Assembly (NCBI GenBank): GCA_044356215.1 | Contig: JBIKWQ010000080.1 | Coordinates: forward strand, 1-13,125 | From: Bdellovibrionota bacterium | GTDB taxonomy: Bacteria > Bdellovibrionota_C > UBA2361 > OMII01 | Direction of reading: 5' to 3' | DNA length: 13,125 bases | Shown: positions 1 to 7,822 of the stretch, piece by piece | How the letters are laid out: every line of letters starts with the position of its first letter | Position numbering within the stretch: the first letter of the stretch is position 1 | Program-made: the position numbers and the translations under genes | Notes under the pieces: model-generated | The model's input: the letters and a program-made list of their open reading frames with translations, nothing else | The model's database searches: none | Told to the model about the DNA's origin: nothing

Positions 1-126
1 GTATCACAGGGGATACACCTGCGGTTTTTTCCCATCTCGAAAATCGAATATCAACTCAACCTCCACTTTCTCGCTACGGGTAGGTTTTGCCGGCCTTCCC
101 TAGTGGGGATCCTAATCATCAGATAT

Positions 127-1440
127 TTAACCAATCGCCTTAACATTTGTGAACTCGCGCAAAGCCTCTTTCGATTTCATCCGGCCAATCCCGCTCTCTT
201 TGCATCCTCCCCACGGAACTCCTGGACCAAAGGCACCATGCGAGTTAATCCTGACGACCCCACACTCAAGACGTCGAGCTATGCCTTTAGCGAAGTTAAC
301 ATCTCCACTCCAAACGCTAGCGCCTAAACCATAAGGGATATCATTTGCCACTAGAACTGCCTCGTCCGGAGTCTCAAAACTCATAATCGGCAAAATCGGC
401 CCAAAAGGCTCCTCGCTCAATAGCCGCGCGGATCTAGGCACATCCGTTAGAATAGCTTGGGGGAAGAAATACCCGCGTTTAAAATCGACCGAGGCAATAT
501 GAGCTCGCGCCCCTTTTGCTAGCGCTTCATCAAGATAACCCCGCACACGCGCGAGCTGCGCGGCTGAAACCAACGGACCAACTTCCGTGCGTGGATCTCT
601 CGGATCCCCATATTTAAGACTATTCGCGACCTCACGGGCACGTTCCACAAAACGGTTGTGAACACTCGCTTGAACAAGCACGCGCTTTACCGCGTTACAT
701 ACCTGACCAGAATTAGTCGCGTTATTTTTGACTACCACCTCGGCTGCCTGATCCACATCACAATCACTAAATACGATCGCTGGATCAAGACCACCTAATT
801 CAAGAGAGACTCGTTTCAATTTTTTTGCCGCTTCGCACGCGATAGTTTTTCCTACCGCTGATGAGCCGGTAAAAGCGATCGCCGCTACCGGCAAATCTAC
901 TACTCGCGCCCCAAGATCCTTTCCACCAACAACAACCTCTAATGGCGCGTGGCGCGACAAGATATCGCTTAAAGCCAGTCCAGACAGCGGCGTTAACTCA
1001 GAAGGTTTAAACACAACTGAGTTGCCTGCCAATAAAGCCGGAATGATCGCGCGCAGGGGCAACAAAAAAGGGAAATTCCACGGAGACACCACCGCGACAA
1101 CACCAAGTGGCTCAAAAAATACTTGGGCGCCGCCTTCTAACTCAGGCGCCAGAAAACCTGGCGCGTTGTCCAACATATAGCGCCACTCATCTGCCGCGCG
1201 CTTAACCTCGAGCAATGCGCCTGATATCGGCTTACCCATTTCATCGCCGATAAGTCGCGCGAACGACTCACCGCTTGATTCATACTCACCCAGAGCCCTT
1301 GTTAGAGCATCCACTCGCGATTCCACACTTAAACGCACCCAATCAGGCGCCGCGCCCTTTGCCCGCGAAAATGCTTCACTCGGATCTGCCACCTCATCGA
1401 CATGGCGAATCTCTTCAGTATAGGGATTGGTAATTATCAT
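127..1440 (-). CDS. NAD(P)-dependent aldehyde dehydrogenase family protein (compact, 437 aa); substrate unknown
   Basis: ALDH motifs in order: PLGVVAVVSPWNFP, GNSVVFKPSELTP, FTGSSAVG, catalytic Glu in LELGG, catalytic Cys in SGQVCNA, EEPFGP, YGLGASVW, PWGGCKESGIG. Confidence 0.95.
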   Translation of the reverse strand: MIITNPYTEEIRHVDEVADPSEAFSRAKGAAPDWVRLSVESRVDALTRALGEYESSGESFARLIGDEMGKPISGALLEVKRAADEWRYMLDNAPGFLAPELEGGAQVFFEPLGVVAVVSPWNFPFLLPLRAIIPALLAGNSVVFKPSELTPLSGLALSDILSRHAPLEVVVGGKDLGARVVDLPVAAIAFTGSSAVGKTIACEAAKKLKRVSLELGGLDPAIVFSDCDVDQAAEVVVKNNATNSGQVCNAVKRVLVQASVHNRFVERAREVANSLKYGDPRDPRTEVGPLVSAAQLARVRGYLDEALAKGARAHIASVDFKRGYFFPQAILTDVPRSARLLSEEPFGPILPIMSFETPDEAVLVANDIPYGLGASVWSGDVNFAKGIARRLECGVVRINSHGAFGPGVPWGGCKESGIGRMKSKEALREFTNVKAIG

Positions 1441-1576
1441 TTGGTGATCCAGAATTATTCAATCGATTCATTACTCTTAGGAGCCCGGTATTGGAGCGAT
1501 AAAGCCCACCCCCAACCCTGCACAAACAGCGGTTTAAGGTCGCCACTTTCGCGCTAAACCTTTAGTTTCCTTGAGT

Positions 1577-1605
1577 AGTATACCCTACTAGCATCAGCTC
1601 TATAA
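1577..1605 (-). promoter_or_regulatory. Possible sigma70-type promoter for the ALDH gene within the 1441-1727 divergent intergenic region
   Basis: Minus strand reads TTATAG (1605-1600), 17 bp, TATACT (1582-1577). Pattern match only, with a weak -35. Confidence 0.25.
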
Positions 1606-1727
1606 AGCTCGAATCACTCTCCTCTCAACCCAGCTCAAGGATATGGCGACAAACATTCTACTGTGGCAAGCTCTCGCTAAAAGACCTCACGTCCTCTGTC
1701 TAAGCTGTTCAGTTAACAAAGTATAAA

Positions 1728-3806
1728 ATGCCGACCAAAAAGAAGATGGTTACCAAAGCTAGAGCTAAGAAACCCGCTAAGAAAGTCAGTAAGACCGCGA
1801 GTCGCGCCAAGTTTGATCGAGAGTTCGCCGAGTGGGGCTACAAGGCGATGGTCTTGTCGCGCCTGATCAACGACAAAACAATTACCCTATACAAACAAAA
1901 CAAATGTCACTTTCAGATTAGCTGCTCTGGGCATGAAGCTATACAGGTGGCGGCCGCCCACGTTTTCAGACCAGGACAGGATTGGTTTTTCCCCTACTAC
2001 CGCGACATGGCGCTGATGGTGGCCCTTGGCATGACAGCCGAGGAGCTACTCATGAACGCCATGAATAAGCTAGAAGATCCTAATTCTCATGGCAGGATGA
2101 TGCCGATGCACTATGGCAGTGTTAAACTTCGAGTACCTCCGCAAAGCTCGCCCACTGGATCGCAACTACTTCCTGCTGTCGGATGCGCCGTAGGAGCCAA
2201 ACTAAAGGAGCTAGATGAAGTTATATACGTATCAGCCGGTGAAGGCACATGCGCCCAAGGTGACTTTCATGAGGCTCTTAACTGGGCATCACGCGACAAA
2301 CTACCGATCGTATTCGTAATCGAGAACAACAACTACGCGATTTCAGTTCACATATCAGAGCAGCTCGGAGCCAAGAGCGTTGCCGCGCTCGCGAGCAACT
2401 ACGAGAACATAAAAGCGGTCGAAGTAGACGGCTCGGATCTAACAGCTTGCGTCTCAGCGCTCCAGGCGGCGCATGACCGAGCCAGGCGCGGAGATGGTCC
2501 TTCTCTGATTGAGGCTCATGTGCCGCGTTTGGAAAGCCACTCGATCTCTGACAATCACCTGAAATATCGCTCTAAGGATGACATCGCTAAGGAGCAGAAG
2601 CGTTGCCCTATAAAAAGACAACGAGAGATCTTACTAAAGCATAAGATATCATCGGAAAAGGAGATAGAGACGCTACACTCTCTCCTTAAGCAGCTAGTTG
2701 ATGACGCGTGTGACGCGGCAGAAAAATCCCCCGATCCGGCACCAGATACGGCACTGCTCCATAACTTCAAGCAACCTGATCCAGGAAACTTAACCGCAGA
2801 GGAGCCCGCGACCGGCGAGGATGTGTTTATTGTTGATGCTATCAATCACGCTTTAGACGAGGAACTCGAGCGCAATCCAGATATGGTGATCTACGGGGAA
2901 GATGTAGCGCACGGCAAAGGTGGCGTTTTCACCGTCACAGCAGGGCTTACAGCCAAGTACGGTGTAAATCGAGTGTTCAACAGCCAATTAGCCGAGAGCT
3001 CTATAGTAGGAACAGCTATCGGACTCTCGATGCGCGGCATGAAACCAGTTGTCGAGATCCAGTTTGGCGATTACGTATGGACAGCGATGAATCAGATCAG
3101 AAACGAGCTCGCTCTGATCAACTACAGATCAGCCGGTGATTTCTCATGTCCAGCGGTTCTACGGATCCCGGTTGGAGGATATATTCGTGGCGGTGCCTAC
3201 CACTCTCAAAATATCGAGGCAACCTTCGCGCATTTCCCGGGTTTGTATGTAATTTACCCATCAAACGCCAGTGACGCGAAGGGCTTGCTGAAATCCGCCA
3301 TCCGAGCTGAGGATCCGGTGCTCTTCCTTGAGCATAAGGGCCTCTACAGACAGGTCTACGCCAAAGGCCCAGAGGGGGATGCCAATCACTTAGTGCCGAT
3401 CGGAAGAGCTAAGACAGTTCGCGAGGGAAGCTCACTCACGATCGTCACCTGGGGAGCTTTAGTCCAAAAAAGCCTCCTAGTAGCTCAGCGGCTAGAGAGC
3501 GAGGGCTACTCTATAGAAGTTGTCGACCTAAGGACTATTGTTCCCTTTGACAGAGAGCACGTCTTTGAGAGTGTCCGTAAAACAGGCCGTGTTGTTATAG
3601 CTCATGAGGACGTTGTATTCGGTGGATTCGGCGGTGAGATCGCCGCTCAGATAGCTGAGGATTGTTTCACGCACCTAGACGCACCAGTTAGGCGCGTCGG
3701 TATGAAATACGCCGCAGCTGTTCCGCATGCCCCAATATTGGAGGATGTAGTACTACCCCAGGAAAACGACCTGATGGATGCTGCTCGAGCTGTATTGGGC
3801 TTTTAG
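1728..3806 (+). CDS. 2-oxoacid dehydrogenase E1, fused alpha+beta subunits; probably branched-chain (2-oxoisovalerate) dehydrogenase
   Basis: Alpha half: SCSGHEA, DWFFPYYRD, GRMMPMHY, TPP-binding GEGTCAQGDFHEALN...ENNNYAIS, HSISD. Beta half: GEDVAHGKGGVF, RVFNSQLAESSIVG, VVEIQFGDY, GGAYHSQ, DPVLFLEHK, EVVDLRTIVPFD, LDAPVRRV. The GEG..QGDFHE and PYYRD variants are typical of branched-chain E1. Confidence 0.92.
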   Translation: MPTKKKMVTKARAKKPAKKVSKTASRAKFDREFAEWGYKAMVLSRLINDKTITLYKQNKCHFQISCSGHEAIQVAAAHVFRPGQDWFFPYYRDMALMVALGMTAEELLMNAMNKLEDPNSHGRMMPMHYGSVKLRVPPQSSPTGSQLLPAVGCAVGAKLKELDEVIYVSAGEGTCAQGDFHEALNWASRDKLPIVFVIENNNYAISVHISEQLGAKSVAALASNYENIKAVEVDGSDLTACVSALQAAHDRARRGDGPSLIEAHVPRLESHSISDNHLKYRSKDDIAKEQKRCPIKRQREILLKHKISSEKEIETLHSLLKQLVDDACDAAEKSPDPAPDTALLHNFKQPDPGNLTAEEPATGEDVFIVDAINHALDEELERNPDMVIYGEDVAHGKGGVFTVTAGLTAKYGVNRVFNSQLAESSIVGTAIGLSMRGMKPVVEIQFGDYVWTAMNQIRNELALINYRSAGDFSCPAVLRIPVGGYIRGGAYHSQNIEATFAHFPGLYVIYPSNASDAKGLLKSAIRAEDPVLFLEHKGLYRQVYAKGPEGDANHLVPIGRAKTVREGSSLTIVTWGALVQKSLLVAQRLESEGYSIEVVDLRTIVPFDREHVFESVRKTGRVVIAHEDVVFGGFGGEIAAQIAEDCFTHLDAPVRRVGMKYAAAVPHAPILEDVVLPQENDLMDAARAVLGF

Positions 3807-3808
3807 AC

Positions 3809-3831
3809 AAGCGAGGAGTGTTACCTCGCTT
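3809..3831. terminator. Hairpin at the convergent junction of the E1 and Gfo/Idh/MocA genes; possible terminator or RNA 3'-end stabiliser
   Basis: Perfect 8-bp inverted repeat AAGCGAGG (3809-3816) / CCTCGCTT (3824-3831) with a 7-nt loop containing the minus-strand stop codon. No clear U-tract on either side. Confidence 0.4.
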
Positions 3832-4942
3832 CCCTATGTATAACATCGCCGGTCTCTGGCCTAGTCTTCTGGCCACGCCCTTCGCTTTGCCACAAACTCA
3901 CAGGCCTACCACCTTCCAGCGCGGATCTGCTCAGCGCCTCAAGTACCCGGACGACATCTAGCCCATTATAGCCATCTGTCTTTGGCTTGGCGTTATTCAG
4001 TATACATTCGATAAAATGATTACACTCGTTACGGAGAGGCGCACCAGTAGTAACTTCTGGCTGAATTACATCACCCTCGCGAATCGACATGCGAAAACTG
4101 TTAAAAGTATCAGCGTATTCAGCAGGCTTACTTATCGTCACTCCCTTATCATACACCTTAAGTGGCCGGTCGGGCTGCATGTCATCGAAGGTCAGCATCT
4201 TTCTATCGCCGACGATCGTTATCTCACGCTTCTTTTGCGGGTCTAGCCAGCTCACAAAGAACGCAGCCACACGATTGTTTGGATACATTAAAGTCCCTTG
4301 AGCTATATCCTCCACTGTTCGTCCCAGCAGATGATATCCTGTGCAAGTTACCTGCATAGGGAGCGCCCCGAAGATATAATTAAAGATCGAGATATCGTGA
4401 GACGCTAAATCCCACAGAGCGTTCACATCCGATCTGAGCGGCCCGAGATTAGTTCTGATCGAGTGCATATAGAAGAGATTTCCGAGGTCTCCACGGTCAA
4501 CGATCTCTTTGCACGCCGCAACCCCTTCATTATAGAGAAACACGTGCCCGGTCATCAGAATTTTCTTTCTGCGCTCCGCTTCATCACACAGCTCAATCGC
4601 CTCTTGTGAATTTAGAGCCAGCGGCTTCTCCATTAAGACATGCTTACCCGCCTCAAGCGCACGCATTCCAACCTGAAAATGAAACTCAGTTGGCACAGCG
4701 ATCACAACCGCGTCAAATGAATACTTCTCCAAACAATCATTGAAGGACTGCTCAATAGCGAGTCCTGGTATTCGCTCAGCGACTAACTTTCGCCTCTCAG
4801 GCGACTTCTCCGCCGCGCAAACTACCCGAGCGCGCGAGTGTGATTCGATTGACCTAACCAGGTTAGGTCCCCAATGTCCTAGACCAATGACACAGGTATT
4901 CACCGGCTGATTGTTCGAGTCCTGCTGTGTGTTATCGTTCAT
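3821..4942 (-). CDS. Gfo/Idh/MocA family NAD(P)-dependent oxidoreductase
   Basis: Rossmann motif VIGLGHWG, DAVVIAVPTEFH, GKHVLMEKP, GHVFLYN, NLG...NALWDLASHD. Upstream SD-like AAGGA on the minus strand. Confidence 0.93.
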   Translation of the reverse strand: MNDNTQQDSNNQPVNTCVIGLGHWGPNLVRSIESHSRARVVCAAEKSPERRKLVAERIPGLAIEQSFNDCLEKYSFDAVVIAVPTEFHFQVGMRALEAGKHVLMEKPLALNSQEAIELCDEAERRKKILMTGHVFLYNEGVAACKEIVDRGDLGNLFYMHSIRTNLGPLRSDVNALWDLASHDISIFNYIFGALPMQVTCTGYHLLGRTVEDIAQGTLMYPNNRVAAFFVSWLDPQKKREITIVGDRKMLTFDDMQPDRPLKVYDKGVTISKPAEYADTFNSFRMSIREGDVIQPEVTTGAPLRNECNHFIECILNNAKPKTDGYNGLDVVRVLEALSRSALEGGRPVSLWQSEGRGQKTRPETGDVIHREAR

Positions 4943-5178
4943 GTGGTTCCTTGGTGCACAATTAATTACCGATCATAGGTTGCCGCTCATTCTGGGACAA
5001 TCAACGATTAACCCATGGGGCTTTAACACGCCTCTCCCGACTATGTTAGATGGGTTTGAATGTGGATTGGATTCGGCCTTTCGCCCTAAAATAACTGCAA
5101 CGAGCCAAATAATCCGGTGATTAGTTACCACTTGCCATATCCTGCCCCGCCCAGCAAAGTATTGGCAGGAACTTATTT

Positions 5179-6534
5179 ATGAAAAAAATTACTATCGCGG
5201 CGGGACATGGTTTTTGGGGCGACTGGCTTGAGGCCCCGATCAGGCAGATTCAGGGTGGGCCGATCGACTATTTAATGCTCGATTACCTGGCCGAAGTAAC
5301 GATGTCTGTCCTAGCCAAACAGAAGGAGGCTAATCCAAATCTCGGTTACGCCAGAGATTTTCCACCCTTAATCGGTCGGATTCTGCCAGAGATTACCAAA
5401 AGAGGTATTAAGGTTATATCGAATGCCGGAGGACTAAATCCCTCGGCCTGCGCTGAAAGCATCGTCCGCTTAGCCAAAGAGCGCGGAATATCGATCAAAG
5501 TTGCTGTTGTGTCAGGTGATGACATCAAGTCCTTAACCAGAGACCGCGAGTTCGCGCACCTAGAGGGAGGGCAGTCGATATCAACGATTCGAGATCGAAT
5601 CACTTCCGCTAATGCCTACCTAGGATCCGATCCGATATCTCAAGCGCTTACCGCGGGGGCACAGATCGTAGTTACAGGGAGAGTAGCGGATCCATCGATG
5701 GTTCTTGGTCCACTACGTTATGCCTTTAACTGGCGCGAGGATGACTGGGATAAGCTCGCCTGCGGTATTCTGGCGGGTCACATTATCGAATGTGGCGCGC
5801 AGTCGTCTGGCGGGAATTTCTCCGGAGATTGGCGCTCCGTGCCAGATCTAGCGCATATCGGCTTTCCAATTATTGAAGCTTATGAGAACGGCGATTTTGT
5901 CGTCACAAAGCATCCAAATACCGGTGGTTTAGTATCTCAAGCAACCGTCAAGGAGCAGATGGTTTATGAGATAGGAGATCCGACGGCCTACTATACACCT
6001 GATGTAATCGCTGATTTTACCTCCGCCTCTCTCTCTGATGATGGACCGGACCGCGTGAAGATTACCGGAGTAAAGGGCCGTAGTAGGCCACCAAGCTACA
6101 AAGTATCTATTAGCTATTTTCACGGATACCGAACTGTTAGCACTCTCGTGTATTCGTGGCCTGAGGCGATCGCTAAAGCTAAAGCCGCCGCTGAGATCTT
6201 AAGGACAAGAATCAGAGATCTAGGTCTCCGTTTTGAAAAGATCAACTCAGAGGTAATCGGTGCCAACGCTTGTCATGGATCTCTAACCGACCTAGGAAAC
6301 CCCGAAATGCCGGAGGTTTTATTAAGATTCGCCGTCCAGGGGCCTGAGGAGAAAGATGTTAGGCGCTTCACGCGTGAGATGGCGCCACTAGTTCTAGGTG
6401 GGCCACCCTTTGCTACCGCTTACGCAGGGGGAAAAGGCGATGTAAGCGAGGTTTACGGATATTGGCCAAGCCTGATTGATCGAGGTTTAATAACACCAAA
6501 GGTCAGTTACATTACAACCTCAGATCTGAAATAA
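5179..6534 (+). CDS. Acyclic terpene utilization AtuA family protein (DUF1446), N-terminal/large part
   Basis: GHGFWGD, DYLMLDYLAEVTMS, GYARDF, NAGGLNP, VSGDD, SANAYLG, IVVTGRVAD, AGHIIECGAQSSGGNF, GFPIIE, TVKEQMVYEIGDPTAYYTPDV. SD-like CAGGA ending at 5170. Confidence 0.93.
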   Translation: MKKITIAAGHGFWGDWLEAPIRQIQGGPIDYLMLDYLAEVTMSVLAKQKEANPNLGYARDFPPLIGRILPEITKRGIKVISNAGGLNPSACAESIVRLAKERGISIKVAVVSGDDIKSLTRDREFAHLEGGQSISTIRDRITSANAYLGSDPISQALTAGAQIVVTGRVADPSMVLGPLRYAFNWREDDWDKLACGILAGHIIECGAQSSGGNFSGDWRSVPDLAHIGFPIIEAYENGDFVVTKHPNTGGLVSQATVKEQMVYEIGDPTAYYTPDVIADFTSASLSDDGPDRVKITGVKGRSRPPSYKVSISYFHGYRTVSTLVYSWPEAIAKAKAAAEILRTRIRDLGLRFEKINSEVIGANACHGSLTDLGNPEMPEVLLRFAVQGPEEKDVRRFTREMAPLVLGGPPFATAYAGGKGDVSEVYGYWPSLIDRGLITPKVSYITTSDLK

Positions 6535-6549
6535 AAGGGAGCCGCGAAG

Positions 6550-6864
6550 ATGGCCAAAGTAAAACTAGTCGATTTAGCTCACGCCCGTTCCGGAGATAAG
6601 GGGAATAATAGTAATATCGGCCTGATAGCCCGAACGCCTGAATATTACGAGGTATTAAAGCGTGAAGTAACAGCGGAACGAGTAAAACGCCACTTCTCTG
6701 GAATCTGCTTAGGGGCCGTAGAGAGATTCGAGCTCCCAAATATCCATGCACTTAATTTTGTTTTACATGACTCTCTCGATGGCGGAGGAACACTCTCTCT
6801 AAGAACGGATGCCCAGGGGAAAACTCATGCGGCGACACTTCTAATGATGGAGATTGAAGCGTAA
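6550..6864 (+). CDS. Small AtuA-associated protein (homologous to the C-terminal domain of full-length AtuA)
   Basis: LAHARSGDKGNNSNIG, VERFELPNIHALNFV, LDGGG..SLRTDAQGK. Starts 15 bp after the AtuA-family gene; SD GGGAG at 6537-6541. Confidence 0.9.
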   Translation: MAKVKLVDLAHARSGDKGNNSNIGLIARTPEYYEVLKREVTAERVKRHFSGICLGAVERFELPNIHALNFVLHDSLDGGGTLSLRTDAQGKTHAATLLMMEIEA

Positions 6865-7694
6865 TGTCGTTCCTAAACCTAGAAAACAAGTTAATCTTAA
6901 TTGCTGGCGGAGGTGGTGGTATCGGCTCAATTGTCGCTCATATTCTGGGCCAGTGTGCCGCAAGAGTGGCGATAGCCGATCTTAATCTAGAGAACGCTAA
7001 GACCATCACAAGAGAGATCGCTCAAACAGGTACTATCACCGCCGCATACCACTTGGATGTATCATCCGAGCAATCCACCGCGTCAATTTTTGAAACCATT
7101 AGCCAGGATCACGGCTCAGTCTACGGAGTTGTTAATTGCGTCGGAGTTGTCGGCCCCGGAGAGGCTCTTGAATGCGACATCTCCGAGTATCAACGCCAGA
7201 TTGAGATAAACTGCTACGGAGCGATGCGCCTGGCTCGCGCCTTCACAAATCATATTGGTCAGACAAGCAATGCCGCTAACGAGATCCCTGAAGAGGTCCG
7301 AGGAAGTTACGTATACATAAGCAGCATCGCAGCAGATCTCGCGATCCCTCAGAGGGACCCATACTGCGTCAGCAAAGCAGCGGGACAAGCTTTTCATCTC
7401 AATCTGGCGAACGAAGTGGCGCGTCTCGGGATAAACGTGAATGTAGTACTCCCAGGCCGCACCGATACACCTTCGGCTGCGCAACGAGCGCGCGAATCTA
7501 ATGACGCCGCCAGGCAGATGTATGCGACTCAACGTCGCGCGGCTATGATACCCGCACTCACAATCGCGAAAACTTGCGCCTTCCTTTTATCTCCCGACCT
7601 ACTCGGGTACAGTGGTCAAAAGCTTGTAATCGCGGAGGGGGCTGACACCACTTACAGACCCTCATACGAGGCTTTTACCCGCGGGGATCTTTAA
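6864..7694 (+). CDS. Short-chain dehydrogenase/reductase, divergent; resembles the 2-keto-3-deoxy-L-fuconate dehydrogenase/BDH2-like subgroup
   Basis: AGGGGGIG glycine motif, ADLN (Asp suggests NAD), LDVS, VNCVG, catalytic S...YCVSK, INVNVVLPG. Subgroup hint from IPQRDPY and PGRTDTPS. Start overlaps the upstream stop (TAATG, 6862-6866). The SDR call is firm; the substrate is inference. Confidence 0.88.
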   Translation: MSFLNLENKLILIAGGGGGIGSIVAHILGQCAARVAIADLNLENAKTITREIAQTGTITAAYHLDVSSEQSTASIFETISQDHGSVYGVVNCVGVVGPGEALECDISEYQRQIEINCYGAMRLARAFTNHIGQTSNAANEIPEEVRGSYVYISSIAADLAIPQRDPYCVSKAAGQAFHLNLANEVARLGINVNVVLPGRTDTPSAAQRARESNDAARQMYATQRRAAMIPALTIAKTCAFLLSPDLLGYSGQKLVIAEGADTTYRPSYEAFTRGDL

Positions 7695-7761
7695 GGACTC
7701 TAGCCCCCCTCCCCTATCTGACTAGTACCCACAAGAAGTAGATTTAACTCCTCCTGCCCCC

Positions 7762-7789
7762 TTTACCCCAAACGTGAGGAGTGTAGAAT
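7762..7789 (+). promoter_or_regulatory. Possible internal sigma70-type promoter upstream of the UxaA-family gene
   Basis: TTTACC (7762-7767), 16 bp, TAGAAT (7784-7789) in the 128-bp gap, the largest gap in the co-oriented run. SD GGGAG at 7807-7811. Confidence 0.4.
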
Positions 7790-7822
7790 AAGGCGTCTAT
7801 CTACCTGGGAGCCGTAAATATC

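Noticed and set aside
1..126. Possible gene end or start at the left edge
   Set aside because: Several short frames are open but none is recognisable, and there is too little sequence to choose among them.
6512..6560. Possible frameshift or pseudogene splitting AtuA
   Set aside because: The small gene has its own SD and ATG after a clean stop, both parts keep their conserved motifs, and two-gene AtuA arrangements are known.
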